The position numbers and the translations under genes are program-made. DNA of 64,000 nt from Octopus sinensis (lineage: Eukaryota): the NCBI RefSeq assembly GCF_006345805.1, contig NW_021835963.1, forward strand, positions 1-64,000. The letters run 5' to 3'. Of the stretch, positions 13,040 to 26,633 are shown one piece after another; within the stretch, counting starts at the first letter, position 1; every line of letters starts with the position of its first letter. The notes beneath the pieces were generated by a model that saw only the letters and a list, made by a program, of their open reading frames with translations, did no database searches and was not told where the DNA came from.

Positions 13040-13860
13040 AATAATTGGTATCCATTTTCTTCATTTCTCTCTTTTGCCATTTTATAATTCGGTATGTAGT
13101 AGGAATTACAAAATGGCAAAAGAGAGAAACGAAGAAGGTGGATACCAAGACCAGTAAAATGTTGACAGTACACGGAGCCTTCTATCCTAATAGTGACACC
13201 GATAGGTTGTATTTGTCCAGAAGAAAAGGTGCAAGAGGTTTGATCAGTTGCGAGGACTGTATCGAAGCAGAAGAAAACAGTCAAAGGTGAGATATAAAAA
13301 TGCCGTGAAGCCACTGTTGAAACACACGAAGCAGGCCGGCGTCATCAAAACTGAAAGTTGTGTAACTAAAGAAAAAACTAAACAAGAAATGAACAAAAAA
13401 AAGCATGGAAAGAAAAAATAATGTACGGTCAGTTTGCAAGAGGTGTGAACGCCAAAACAGATACAGATGGATGAGGAGGAGTGACCTGAAGATAAAGACG
13501 GAAGCATATGCGCAGCTCAGGAACAAGCATTGAGGATCAATATATGAAGTGCAGAATAGACAACACTACCGATAGCGACAAATGCAGAATGTGTGGTGAA
13601 AGGGATGAAACGGTATGGCACATTGTTAACGAATGCCCGAAATTGGCACAACGCGAATAAAAACGACGCCATGGCAATGTGGAAAGCGTGATCCATTCGG
13701 AGCTCTGTGGAAATCACGGCCTACAAAGAGCAAAGGCGTGGTGTGAACAAATCCCAGAAGGAGTCACCGAAAACGAGAACCGCAAAATCTTGTAGGATGT
13801 TATGATCCAGTACGATCACCTGATTAGACGTAGGAAGCCGGACATCGTTGTGGTGCCATA
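13040..13860 (+). mobile_element. Dong/R4-like LINE remnant (post-RT, CCHC knuckle, REL start)
   Basis: DTDRLYLSRRKGARGL; AQEQAL; CRMCGERDETVWHIVNECPKLA; RRKPDIVVV. Confidence 0.85.
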
Positions 13861-13968
13861 TGCCACTACGCCATATGTCCACGACCATATGACGTAGTGC
13901 GGGCTACTAACCCCAAGATCCGAGTTCGATTCCAAGCAGTGACCTGAACAATAATAATAATAATGATG

Positions 13969-14025
<57 letters not shown>

Positions 14026-14041
14026 ATAATAATAATATAAT

Positions 14042-14085
<44 letters not shown>

Positions 14086-14434
14086 TAATCAGTGGTCCAT
14101 TATTAGTTATGCAGCACAGTAAAATATTGGTAATTCTACATGTGATCTTTGACTTGAAGAAATGTATTTTACAATTACTTCTAAAATGATTTTATTGAAT
14201 TTTGATGGACACTTTACAATAAGATGTTGCCATAAATTTAGAAAGACATTCAAATGTTTTACAATTATTGATTATAATAATGTTTTCAAATATTATATGC
14301 TAAGATTAATTCTTATAAAATAATTTAATATAATGAATAAATAGATAACTAATTGATGTGACGTAAAGTAACGAAGTTTCTATTAATCATAACGTTGAAT
14401 TCTTATCTTTCTTTTTTATTCTTTAGTTATCCAG

Positions 14435-14646
14435 TGACGTCACCAATAATTGTATAGAATAATCGCTTTTTTAAGGTTACTTTTCTTTGTAGATTTCTAA
14501 TTGTCATAATGTAGAATTCTTATGTTTGTTGTCTTATTTTTATTTCAGCATCCACTGACGTCACCAGTAGTTGAACGACTTTTCTTAAATATGTTTATTT
14601 TTTTATTTTATTTTCATAATAACATTCTCGTTATCCAATGACGTCA
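14435..14646. promoter_or_regulatory. Three full CRE palindromes (TGACGTCA) in a shared ATCCAVTGACGTCACCA context
   Basis: Sites at 14435-14442, 14556-14563 and 14639-14646. Function is untested. Confidence 0.35.
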
Positions 14647-14802
14647 CCATTAGTTGCATGAAGGAAAGTCTTAGGTTCAATTCTAATTAGGCTTCTTTTT
14701 GTTAGACGCTTATAAAACTGGTAATTTTTCGGATGTTCGGTTGGAATTTCGCTAATTTCGGATTGCCTTGTACATGTTTGTCTGTTTGTTTGTTTGTTTG
14801 TT

Positions 14803-14867
<65 letters not shown>

Positions 14868-14929
14868 ACGTGTTAATGCAAGAGAAACATGTTGAACAAG
14901 AATTAATCAACTGTTTCTGGTTCCTGGTG

Positions 14930-15238
14930 AAGGCGCGTGGCTGAGTGGTTAGGCTATTCAGCTCAAGGTCGTGAGTTCAATATTTGGCGGCGTCCTTGAG
15001 CAAGACACTTTATTTTACATTGCTCCAGACCACTCAACGGGCCAAAGTGAGGAGTACAAACATTTCAAAGGGTCAGCCTTGTCACACTCTGAGTCACGCT
15101 GAATCTCCTTAAGAACTACATTAAAGGTATACGTATCTGTGGAGTGCTCAGCCACTTTCTGGTTAATTTCACAAGCAGGCTGTTCTGTTGATCGGATCAA
15201 CTGGAACCGCCATCGTCATAACCAACCAAATGCCAGTA
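14930..15238 (+). mobile_element. tRNA-derived SINE (related copy 39715-39975)
   Basis: TGGCTGAGTGG A box, GAGTTCAA B box, CCTTGAGCAAGACACTT central domain. Confidence 0.75.
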
Positions 15239-15863
15239 ACACTGCGGATGCTTATAAATGTGATGTCCGTCTGTGATCTCTTTGATTCGCCGTCCTAAAT
15301 GTTGACACACTTTTCGTATTTAGGGCAAGCTTTTATTAAATGTGTGATCATATAATACGTCCTATATATTTTCCTGCTTTAGAGCAATTTGTTTAAAATA
15401 TTCTGATTTGCTTTTATATTTGCGACATGTTGTCGCCTCTTTTTTTGATACATGACACGCTAATTCAGCCAGAACCAAAAATACCACAATTTGTGGTTTA
15501 GCGTTTATATGTATTACTCTCTTGAATAAATTACCTTCTCCCTTTAAATTTGCACCAACTCTTTCTTATTTATTACGAAATTATCTTAATCTCTAAAAAT
15601 TCCCATCAATTATACGCTAGCTGATTGTTAATAGTAATTTCTTTCTTATTGAGTAACCAGTCTGTCATTCAAGTCGCATGAACTTAAAGTGAACGTCCTT
15701 TTTCTTTCATTTAAAATTTATAGGTTTAAAGCAACATGGAAAAATATATACGTTTACACACAACGTGAATAACATTCGGGAATTTTGAATGAATATATTG
15801 CGTTTAGGAAATAGGAAGATATATATACAAAATAACATTTTAGAAATTAGTATATTATATTAT

Positions 15864-16260
15864 ACTAGCAGTATCGCCCGGCGTTGCTCGGGTTTGTAAG
15901 GGAAATAACTATATAAGCATTTTTAGAGATGTAAAGTATAATAGCCATCTCAATATGGCTAACCACAAAGGGGGGGATGTTACTGTAGCTTTTTACGTTC
16001 TGAGATTTAATAATACATTTTTAGAGAGTTACTTCCCTTATATAATAGCAAAAAAATGCATTAAAAATGGGAAAAAATGATGGTAATTTTTTTTAAATCG
16101 TAGACTCATCGTAGACGCGCGCTAATACCCAGAAGGGCTCGATATGAATCACGACTATAAGATACCCGCTTTTGGTTACACTGCACCGCAAAATGTGGGA
16201 GTAGTTAGGAATCTAAATCGTAGGAGACAGACACACAACTTGACTTTTATATATAAAGAT
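15864..16260 (+). mobile_element. Helitron-like non-autonomous element
   Basis: 5' ACTAGCAGTATCGCCCGGCGTTGCTCGGG hairpin-type start; 3' end ...TATATATAAAGAT. Resembles small animal Helitron derivatives. Confidence 0.6.
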
Positions 16261-16439
16261 TACAATAAATTGCAAAAAGCTAAAGGGTGTACAACTACAA
16301 CTGGAAAACTTGAATTACATCATCATGACAGATTTTCGATAGAAAAAAACAAAGAAGACAAATTACTGAAACTCCTTGGACGAAGAATCGCTAATGAAGA
16401 ATGAATCAAACTGCACCGGCAACTGAAATTTCTTCAATA

Positions 16440-16900
16440 CATATTTTTCCTCCAATCGGCTTCAAAAGCCATGTGCTAAGTCCAAACCAAGAGATCATAT
16501 GATGTGTTTATCGTTACAGTTGGGAAGATGAAGCAAACGGTGAATTAATTCCCTAATGAATGAAATACAAAAGTGTATGGTCAAAATTTATCATACAAAA
16601 GTAAAAAGCAGAAGAAAACTTTTTATCAGGCTTATGATGTTTGGAGAAGTAAGTCAGGCTGCCAAATTCATTAATAGTGACGACGTCCACGAACTTAATG
16701 ATGAAAATGCAGAAAATTAAGGCAAGCACCCTAAAGGAATCCGTGCAGCCCAACCCACGGACAGCACCCGGCTATATTTTAAATCCAACTTGATGTATCT
16801 GATGACGTGCTCCTGCGTGGCGGCATGCATAGGATCGACCTCTACCAAGAGACACCTTCGCCTTTGGATAAACGAACATCTGTACAAGGTCATACTTCAC
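16440..16900 (+). mobile_element. Degenerate retroelement fragments (CRE-like LQKP..SK..H / AAKFIN..KHP, then GIY-YIG-like YLMTCSC..CIGST..RHL..WINEH)
   Basis: Short motif matches only. Confidence 0.45.
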
Positions 16901-17106
16901 AGCACCGTGTTCCGACACCATTACCTGATCCTCCTGTATCTTCTTTTACCTAAAGCCAGAAACTTTTCATCCCGCCCTCGTATATGGCTATCAAAATGGT
17001 CAATAAACACTTGAAACGGTTTTGAGCATTAAGCGCGCTGAATCGGTTGCGAACTTCATCTGTATGAACTACCGAGTTCTTACAGATGCAGCTGGCTAAT
17101 GATTTT

Positions 17107-17370
17107 ATATTAGTCGGACTGGTGTCCGACTAATATAAATTTAAATTTAAAATTTATATTAGTCGGTCTGGTGTCCAACTAATATAAATTTTAATTTAAA
17201 ATTTAAATTTAAAATTTATATTAGTCGGTCTGGTGTCCGACTAATATAAATTTTAATTTAAAATTTAAATTTAAAATTTATATTAGTCGAACTGGTGTCC
17301 AACTAATATAAATTTAAATTTAAATTTAAAAGATTTTATATTAGTTTTTATATTAGTCGGACTGGTGCCC
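17107..17370. repeat. Tandem array of palindromic hairpins (ATATTAGTCGGAC-TGGT-GTCCGACTAATAT plus (AAATTT)n spacers)
   Basis: Full units start at 17107, 17156, 17218 and 17280; partial units at 17338 and 17350. Confidence 0.9.
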
Positions 17371-17744
17371 GCGTCTTCATTGTTACTTTCACTACGTTTC
17401 GGTTGTTGTACACTGCAGCCATCTTGTTTTGAACTCGGTTGTTGTATTGGAATTTCAAACCTAATCCTTTATTTGACCTGCAGGGGTACGCAGTTTTCAT
17501 TCCGCTCTCTGCGCTTCGTCTTATTTTTTTTGCTTTGTTTCAGCTGAATTCTCCGAATCTAAACCCTTTAGCATTCAGATGACTCTCTCAAATGTGAAGC
17601 TCATTTAGTCTCATTGCTTTCAATTAATCATGCATTATCTCGGAGCTTCAAGATTTTGATGGTGTGATTGTTAATTTTTAGAATGTCATTCTAGGGGAAA
17701 TGTGAGAGGCCGGATGTGGACGATGTTAACATAAAACATCGAAG

Positions 17745-17975
17745 GCGGCGAGCTGGCAGAGTTCTTAGCACGCTGGGCGAAATGCGTAGCCGTATTTCGT
17801 CTGCCGTTACGTTCTGAGTTCAAATTCCACCGAGGTCGACTTTGCCTTTCATCCTTTCGGGGTCGATAAATTAAGTACCAGTTACGCACTGGGGTCGATG
17901 TAATCGACTTAATCCCTTTGTCTGTCCTTGTTTGTCCCCTTTGTGTTTGACCCCCTGTGGGCAATAAAGAAATAT
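17745..17975 (+). mobile_element. SINE monomer (same family as the concatemers; other copies at 21133-21345, 53365-53598 and others)
   Basis: Full head, body and tail ending AAAGAAATA. Confidence 0.85.
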
Positions 17976-18382
17976 ATAACGTAGGTGACGAACACCTTTA
18001 GAACTTCAACTGTGTGTACTCGGTTCTCATTTTGGTTGTAGCTATTTCACATATACCAATTAAGCCCGTTGTTAAAAGTACGAAATGGCTTTCCCTCCCA
18101 CTGAAATCAGCACAATTATTCACCCAATGACGTTGATCTGTAAAGATCAACGAATTACCTATTTATCGCTAGGAGGTTAATTTAGTTAATCTTATCTGAA
18201 TAATAAAATAGTTAAAAAGGTTAACAAAACTTCACGATAGAAGTTTAAAATAGAACTTCTCAAACTGAATGGGCGCTCCTCCCCGCAAAAAGGGGAGCAA
18301 TGGTGGTGGTGGTGGTAGGGGTGGGGTTAAATTAGTAGAGTACAAAATAATTTTAGTTTAAAGTTTGGAAATTATATGACGA

Positions 18383-18441
<59 letters not shown>

Positions 18442-18442
<1 letters not shown>

Positions 18443-20600
18443 GTTTGAATTTTGCTTTGTATTTGTACAAGTTGAATCCAAGTCTTACCCAGAGACTTCA
18501 AGAGACAAAAAGTTAGAAGTTCATGGTGTTATGACTAGGGTGTCATATATGTATTTGGTTTTGTACATAGTGTTATTCTAGAGAATGTTTAAGAAACCAT
18601 AATAAAATGATGTGTTTGTTTTAAAATTAGAGATTACATAGACAGTAGTTTTAGCAGGGGTTTTCATACGCTTAGCTTTTCCTGTGCTTGTTTCTAGTAC
18701 GCCTAATTCTGGAATTTGTTGTATTCGGAATTCACTTAGATATTCCTTTGCCTGTTTTGTTACTGAGTATGATGCTTCTTGTTTTCATATTTTGAGACAA
18801 GTTTTAACATCCAGTCCCCAGAATTTTTCAGGTAGGTGACTAGGCCAATTGTGGTAATCTTCATTGTTAATGCCAGTTGTAAAAGTCCACGGCTTCCCTC
18901 TTTTCTTGGCAGAAAAAGTCGTTCTATATCTACCTTATCTGCCTTGAAAATGCATTCTATGCATTGTCAACAATTTTCGTATTTTTCTGTCAAGATTACA
19001 TATTTCAGTAATTGACCAGTTAATGATATTGAAACTGTAAGTTACGACCGGTATGGCTAAAGTATTGATCCATTCGATCCTATTTCTTGCATTCAGCTCG
19101 GACTTAAGTATTGCCCTTACCCTGCGATAACATTCTCTTGTGATCCTTTCACTCATCACTGAACGTTTGACTCCATCCCCTTCAAATATCCCTTGGCATT
19201 TGTAGCTATCCACTGATTCTAACTTCTTTGTGAAATTCTGCTAATCAAGATTAACATTGAATGTTTCTGTCTGTTTTCCTTTGATAAAGTTAGCTGTTGC
19301 ACATTTATCGAGGCCAAATTGCATCATGATGTCATCACTGAATTGTTTAACAACCGCTAGTAAGCCCTGTAGTTGTTGGTAATATTTTGCAAAGAGCTTT
19401 AAATCATCCATGTAAATGAGATGATTTGTATTTTTATCAAACATTTTATAGCCGTATTGTACATCATCAAGCAATTTCGAGGGATTCATTGTCACTGTTC
19501 AAAGTCAGTGTGGTTCTCCATGATCTCATACTTACGGACAAAAAGTTTAGCAGAGTAGGAGCTATTTTATACATTTCCAGACATTTCTTAATCCAGCTAT
19601 GTGGCAGACTATCAAAAGCTTTTTTATAGTCTATCCAGGTTATCGACAAGTTTTTGTGTCGTTTGTGACAATCTTCCAAGATCATCTTATTGATGAGTAG
19701 CTGATCTTTACAACCATAAGATCCAAGTTTACATCCTTTTTGCTCATTAAAAGAACTACAGGTATATTCAATCAGGACAGATGTTAGCGTTTTATACATG
19801 CAGGTTATGGATCTATAATTTTTTGGTTCATTTGTTTCTTCATTTTTTGGAAGTAGGAATGTTATACCATTAACTAGCCAAGAGAGTATCATATTGGGTA
19901 GTTGCAAAACATTGTTGTAAGGTTTTGTTTGCCGTTCATGGCTCTCTGTTAAAGCATTCAGGCCTAGGATGATCTACAATTATTTCATCTTTGGAATCTT
20001 CTTTAGCTGCAACTTCGTTCCTTTTACTCCTTACTGATTGTTTAATTTGGTCAATCTCTAATTCAGTTAATAATTTCTTTTTCATAATGTTTCTTCTGAT
20101 GTTGTCAAGTTTGTTACTGCTTATGTAGGGTCTTGCTTCAAGGTGTTTCTGTCTCCAGTTTAAGTAGGTTTGTAAAGTATCAGATTTATTTGTGGAGAAA
20201 TACATGGGAGAATAGGAAGGTCTTAAGAACGTCTTTATCATTTTCATTCTTTTTCTTTTAGTTATTTTATGACGAGCATGGACGGCCATCTGTTGGAATA
20301 TTCCGATAGCTGATTTTTCGTACCTGATCTGGTTCATCATTCGAGTATGCGGTGCTTGGGGATCCGGGTGATGGCCGATCCGGTTTGTATTTTGGTTTGT
20401 TATCACTGAGGCAGGATGAGCTTGGATGTTGACATTAGGGGACGGATCTGTCTGTTTAGGGTTAATGTTTTGAGACAACACCGCCTCCGAGTTCTCTGAA
20501 TGAAAACATTGCTCGTGGCGTAGCTTCTTAAGACTAACAGATCTGTATTCGTCTGTGTTTTTGTTTTTTTTGATAGATTTATCTCTGGGCATAAATTTTT
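18442..20600 (-). mobile_element. Dong/R4-like LINE, internally deleted, 3' end abutting (TAA)n
   Basis: WIDYKKAFDSLPHSWI, GCKDQLLINK, YMDDLKLFAK, FGLDKCA, RNRIEWINTLAIPV; multiple stops and frameshifts. Confidence 0.92.
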
Positions 20601-21347
20601 ATGGTGTTTTTAAATTTAGGAATTGTTCACTCTGTCCGAAAAATATAAAATTTTGTTTTGTTTTTGCTTCGTTTGTAACACGTGTTTTCATATGCGTGAA
20701 TGTGTGTCCTCTAAATTTCACGTACTTGTGTAAACATTGGGATATATGTGTAGTCCTATGGGTATTAAAATATATATACATGATTGTATAGACATTCGAG
20801 TATATGCGTACTTAATCAATTTATGTACTTGCTGTTTTGTTCCACTTATAATTTATAATTTTTAAACTTGCCGATGTTGATTTCGCGTGTGTATTTCGCA
20901 CATGTTTCACAGAGGCATCGTGCATAGGAGTAACTGTGCTTTGTATTGCAGTAAAATTTCATTTTTTGATTATTTTCGTTAAAAGGCCGCTTCCTTCAAG
21001 TCTTCCACATGTTCCTTTATCTCGTTCGACTGATGTTATTAGATAGATATGCTTTTGAATGGAGAACCCGGTGTAGCACATCCATGTTGTTATTCAGCGC
21101 CTTATTATTGTTGTTGTTGTTGTTGTTGTTGTTAAGGCGGTGAGCTGGCAGAATCGTTAGCACACTAGATGAAATACTTAGCAGTATTTCGCCCGTCGCT
21201 ATGTTCCAAGTTCAAATTCCGCCGAAGTCGACTTTGCCTTTCCTCCTTTCGGGGTCGATAAATTAAGTACCAGTAAAACACCCCGTTCAATGTAATCAAC
21301 TACTCCCCTCCCCACAAATTTGAGGCCTTTTGCTTCCAGTAGAAAGG

Positions 21348-21409
<62 letters not shown>

Positions 21410-21411
21410 CA

Positions 21412-21474
<63 letters not shown>

Positions 21475-22184
21475 CAGACATTGCCAAACAAAATAATGTA
21501 AAATTAAGCGTAGAAATTGTAAGCTGATAATTTACAGTAAGAAAATTACGCCTCATGAAAAAGTAAATAACAATATTTTAATTGACATTTGTATGCGTCC
21601 TGTAAATGAAAACAAACCGAAACCATTTAGTTAAAATAAAGAGACGGCTGTTTAAATCTACCAGTTCATCACCAGATCGCTAACACTCGGTAAAAATAAG
21701 AATTTTTACTTAGTAAAAAAATGTTTGCAGATCTCTTTACGCAATATCTAATTCATAATTAACAATCCTTTCTGCTTGTTTTAGATATATGTTTCTTACT
21801 ATAAGGTATAAAGTTTCAAATTTTTGAAGATATCCAAAAAAGGTTTCAAGATGATTACCACGTTTCCTTGAGACGTTTAACAAAGCAGACGTTTGCATGT
21901 TTTTCTGGTTTACAAAAACTAGAAAAAAATCAAACAGCTTTTTTTCTCTGCTGCTACATTAAAGCATGAAATAACTGTGGGAAGCTGGTCAACATGTGGG
22001 GCAATAATATGTCATCAGTGTCGGCCATTGTGCTAATGGATGTTATACCCGTTACCTTCGCATAATTGAATGTTGTGAACGGCACCCAACTACAAATAGC
22101 TTCTCTTACGAGTTGCCAAAAGCATCTTAATTATTTAGGTTGGTGGATTTCACTGTAAATTTAGTCAAGGTTCCTCGTTAAGTT

Positions 22185-22318
22185 CACCACCACCACCACC
22201 ACCACCACCATAACCGCAACCACCACCACCTCTACCAACATTATGATCATCACCGTTACCATCATCATGATCTTCATTATCATCATCATCATTGTCATCA
22301 TCATCATCATCATCATCG

Positions 22319-22353
<35 letters not shown>

Positions 22354-22369
22354 GTCATCATCATCATCG

Positions 22370-22426
<57 letters not shown>

Positions 22427-22500
22427 CCACCATCATCATCATCATCATCATAATCACCGCTTCCATCATCATCGTCATCATTATCACCATCTTCATCATT
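22185..22500. repeat. (CAC)n/(CAT)n trinucleotide microsatellite
   Basis: Directly visible. Confidence 0.95.
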
Positions 22501-23199
22501 TCCTCCTCCTCCTCTCCCAAAAGAAGCAGATGATAGTAACATTAGTAGACTTAGGTTAAGAGATCTGACCCAAAAAGGTACGATACCCTACGAAATATTT
22601 CGTGGGGATATCACAGTTCAGCATTCAAACCTGATCCCAAGAGTAATTATTTCTTCCAGTGTTTTCTTCTTTTCCTAATAGGGTTGCCTCCATCTGTGCA
22701 CAAGAGGGTAACCATCTCATTCTCAGATTTTTTATTTAACTGCAACTTTGGCAAAATCAGATAAACTTTATTTAGAATTAAGGCGAGATTTAGAGGCGCC
22801 ACCAGAAAAATATTCGACAAACACTGATTTAGATTTTCATAATGTCGGTCATTAAAGCGCGTGGTGACCTACTTGTTAGGCCACGCGCTTTGCGTCTTGG
22901 CTCAAGTCCAGTAATTTCAGGAGATGGGGTTAGTCGATTACATCGACCCCCAATGCACAACTGCTACTTATTTTATCGACCCAGATAGGATGAACGGCAA
23001 AGTTGACCTCGGTAATTAATTTAATAAATGTCACGGTAAAATGAATTCAGTTATGATACATTCACATCGAATGAATCAAACAGGATGGCAAATAGAAAGT
23101 TCGTATGGAATCTGGTATATTAACTGATTTCGAATATCTACTATACCATGTGTACGTAGATACATAGGTACATACATATATCTCTTGACCAAGTTTGCA

Positions 23200-24150
23200 T
23201 ACATGAGGTTGATAACATCATAAGACTTGGAAGGCAGCTCCTTGAGCAGCATTCTTTGTCTGATAACCTTGAATACATGCCCAAAGTAGTCGCACGACTC
23301 TACCGCAACGTCTCATCGGATGAAAGTATGAGCGTATATGAGCAGATGACCATGCATGGATATGTTAATAGAAAGCTCAGAGATGAGTGTACCATTGATC
23401 CACAAAGCAGTCTATCACGGACCAACAACCGGATTACTATCTCCCATTTTGAAGGATATGCGTTTGTAATCCAGGAACAGGAAATATCAACCAAATACCT
23501 GATGCACAAAAGAGACAGAGATGAAGTAAAATGATGTAGTAAAAAAGCAGTAAAATGTGGCAGCCGATGCAGACTTTGTGGAGTAAAAACCGAGGATATC
23601 ACACACATGATAAGTTGTCTAAACATGTCCTCATGGTATTATCTACCGATGAGACATGGTGTTGCAATTAGGACACTGTATAACGAGATCCTTCGAAATG
23701 AAAACGCTGACGACAAATACATAAGAACCCATAATATGGTGGAAGCCATAGCCACCCATAATAAAAAGGATTACTGATGGAATGTGTCAGTGAAAACCTC
23801 AATGAAATGTAAACACAATTGTCCTGGTAAAATGATTTGGGATAGAGAAGAGAAACTGTGAACTGTTGTGGAAGTTAGGGGATGTAAATATAAAGCTGAA
23901 GATTTGTAAAAAAGAAGGTACTTACTCTGAATTAGTGAGAAATCTGCAGTTACTCTATCCAGATTACAAGTTCAGGTTTGGACCTGTAATTATTGGGGCA
24001 CTGGGATATGTAACCCACTGCCTAAATACCAATCTTGAAAAGTCAGGCTTCTCAGAACCAGAAAGGAGAAAGCTAATTCGAAGACTACAGATCCAATCCA
24101 TCATTGGAACTGTAGAAATCTGCAAAACATTCCGGGAGTTTATCATTTAA
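23200..24150 (+). mobile_element. R4-like LINE 3' remnant (CCHC knuckle plus REL endonuclease); a small related piece lies at 62490-62560
   Basis: FEGYAFVIQEQEI; CRLCGVKTEDITHMI; FGPVIIGALG; IIGTVEICKTF. Confidence 0.8.
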
Positions 24151-24259
24151 ATATATATGAGCATCTCTAGGTATGTAACTATATGCATGAGAATACATAC
24201 AAAGAATACATACAATTTACATTACGGTGGCCCCTTCTTTGGTGGGTGTTAGGTTCCGC

Positions 24260-24480
24260 CGGCTACTAAATCCATGTTCTAATAGGGGCCGCAGCATTCG
24301 AAAATCTCTCTCTTTTTGAGGATATGCTCGAAATCCTCTTACAGATACGCTTCATCAGGTTTTTAAACACAGTAGGTGGGTGACAGGAGGTTGTGTTAAT
24401 GTACGACAGCATTTCATTTGGTTTGTGGTAAGGCCTGTATGAAAAGGTACCAAAATTGAGCATTACATTCAACAACGCTT
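24260..24480 (-). mobile_element. PLE RT thumb remnant
   Basis: LNVMLNFGTFSYRPYHKPNEMLSYINTTSCHPP..ICKRISSISS...AAP. Confidence 0.8.
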
Positions 24481-24559
24481 GTTCGACACCTCATTGTCCC
24501 CCTCTCCAATCTATTGACATGATCCGGAGGCAAGTTGAGGGAAGATGTCAACCCCAACT

Positions 24560-24760
24560 TTGTAAGAAACAAGTAAAGGAAGGAATGGTTTTTCTAAGAC
24601 AAAGCACGCATATTTCATGCTAAACTTAAACGAGTTGTTGGAAAAAGCAACCACCAGTGTAGTGAATGGGAGAAGTTTGAGCTGCTATCTCTGCGGACGA
24701 GTATGTTTATCAAGAGCTGAGCTCGCTACAATGGAATCCGAGTGCATTATCGTTCCTCAC
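24560..24760 (+). mobile_element. RTE-like LINE 3' zinc-finger remnant
   Basis: CYLCGRVCLSRAEL. Confidence 0.5.
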
Positions 24761-26502
24761 CATTCAACATCAAATGTTGTAAAAGCACGATACAATCTGA
24801 AGATGGTATTTTAAAATCTATTTTGAAAGATCCAACAAGTCGAACGCTCAAATCCCTTCCCTGAATATGGCGTATCTGTGCAAACGACGTATTTATGCTT
24901 TTCCTTACTTTCCTCCATTGATTTATTTTATTGCTATTTTGAAAAAATTTCATGTTTTAAGCATGGACTTGACTAAATATCATACTCTTCTATTTTCAAT
25001 AAAAAGTGAACAGTTTTGTTTAAAATAAAATGTTGTACAACTTGGATATAATTTACACCATTGCAATGTGCATAAAATCCGAAACGTCCCCTAATTATTG
25101 ATCGCTAAAGACGGCTTCACCAGTCTTTACTATTTTAAGCATTTGCATCCTTTAGAATCTAGAATCGTGTGCAAGAAAATAAATATGTATATAGAGTACC
25201 CTCAATACCAGGCTTGTAGTGGTTAATATAATGTCTTTCTGATATAAAGCAATTGTTATTCATTTCGTGCAGTTGTTACAGCACCAAGAAGGAAGACGGA
25301 AAGAATAACGTTAAGTTTGTTTTACACATTTTACCAAAACCGATGAGGGTAGGTAACTCAAATTTAAGAAATGTTAGATTTATTTCCCTTCGTTGCTAGA
25401 AAAGAGGAGTGATGTGAAGTGAGACTTAACTGGAGTTTTATTTGTAGTTTTTCTTTTTAACATATTACGGAGATGTACTTGCATAGCAAGTGACTTGATC
25501 TGTGATTACGGAGACGTATTTTCATAGCAAGTGACTTGACCTGAGGTCGTGTGCTGAAACAAAAACTATTGCAGTGTGGAAGGTGTATATAAGCCACTTA
25601 AAAACACCAAAAAAATGTTAGATTCACTTCAACATTTAAATTTAATTTGTCAAAATATTTTCGTCGCTTTGAAACCGTGACCTGTTCTAACATATAAATC
25701 TACATAATGATATAAGATAGCCACCTATATGACTCTCTAGCTAATTAGAAAGGTGTATATGCATAATCTGAGTGGCATGAGAAGAAGATTTGTCAGGGTT
25801 GATAGGGTAATGAGCAGTGTGTGTGTTCGTGCCGCAGGAAATAGGTATACATTTCAGTTCGTGTTGTGCCGGGTCAAACCTCAGTACACTTTGTTAAAAA
25901 CCCCATGGAGAAATCACGTGACCTGATTTCACTAACTAGATTAAATATACATGGATTGAACATAAAAATTCTGCCCCCTCCCCCTCTCTCTCTGATTTAT
26001 GACTCGGCGGTTTTCATTTCGCATTGCCAAGTCGGCGGCCAGCAGAATCGTTACTGTGCCAGACAAAACTGCACAGCGGCATTTCTTCAGAATTTATGTC
26101 CTGTACACAAGTGCCACCGGGGCCAATTTTGCCTTTCATCATTTCGGGGTCGATAAAATAAGCACCTTTATTTCATGAACATATTTTTGCGAATGTGAAA
26201 AAAAGCATTTCTTTGTGCAAGGTAAATAAGTCTTCCGAGCCATTGTAACTCAAACTCGAGTTATTGCCCTTACTACTGGAAATCTTTCTTCTATTCTTTT
26301 ACTTGTTTCAGCCATTTGACGGCGACCATGTTGGAGCACCGCTTTCAACGATTTCCGTCGTACAAATCGACATGGACATGCACACAGGCCTCGTTCAAAC
26401 AAATACACACCTCGCACTTCACACATATAAACAAACATACACACACACATATATATACATACAAATATCCAAATACATATATATATACATACAAACATCC
26501 AT

Positions 26503-26551
<49 letters not shown>

Positions 26552-26573
26552 CATACAAATATCTATCTATCTA

Positions 26574-26633
<60 letters not shown>

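Noticed and set aside
17107-17370. CRISPR-like appearance of the palindromic repeat array
   Set aside because: The spacers are non-unique (AAATTT)n, there are no cas genes, and the context is eukaryotic.
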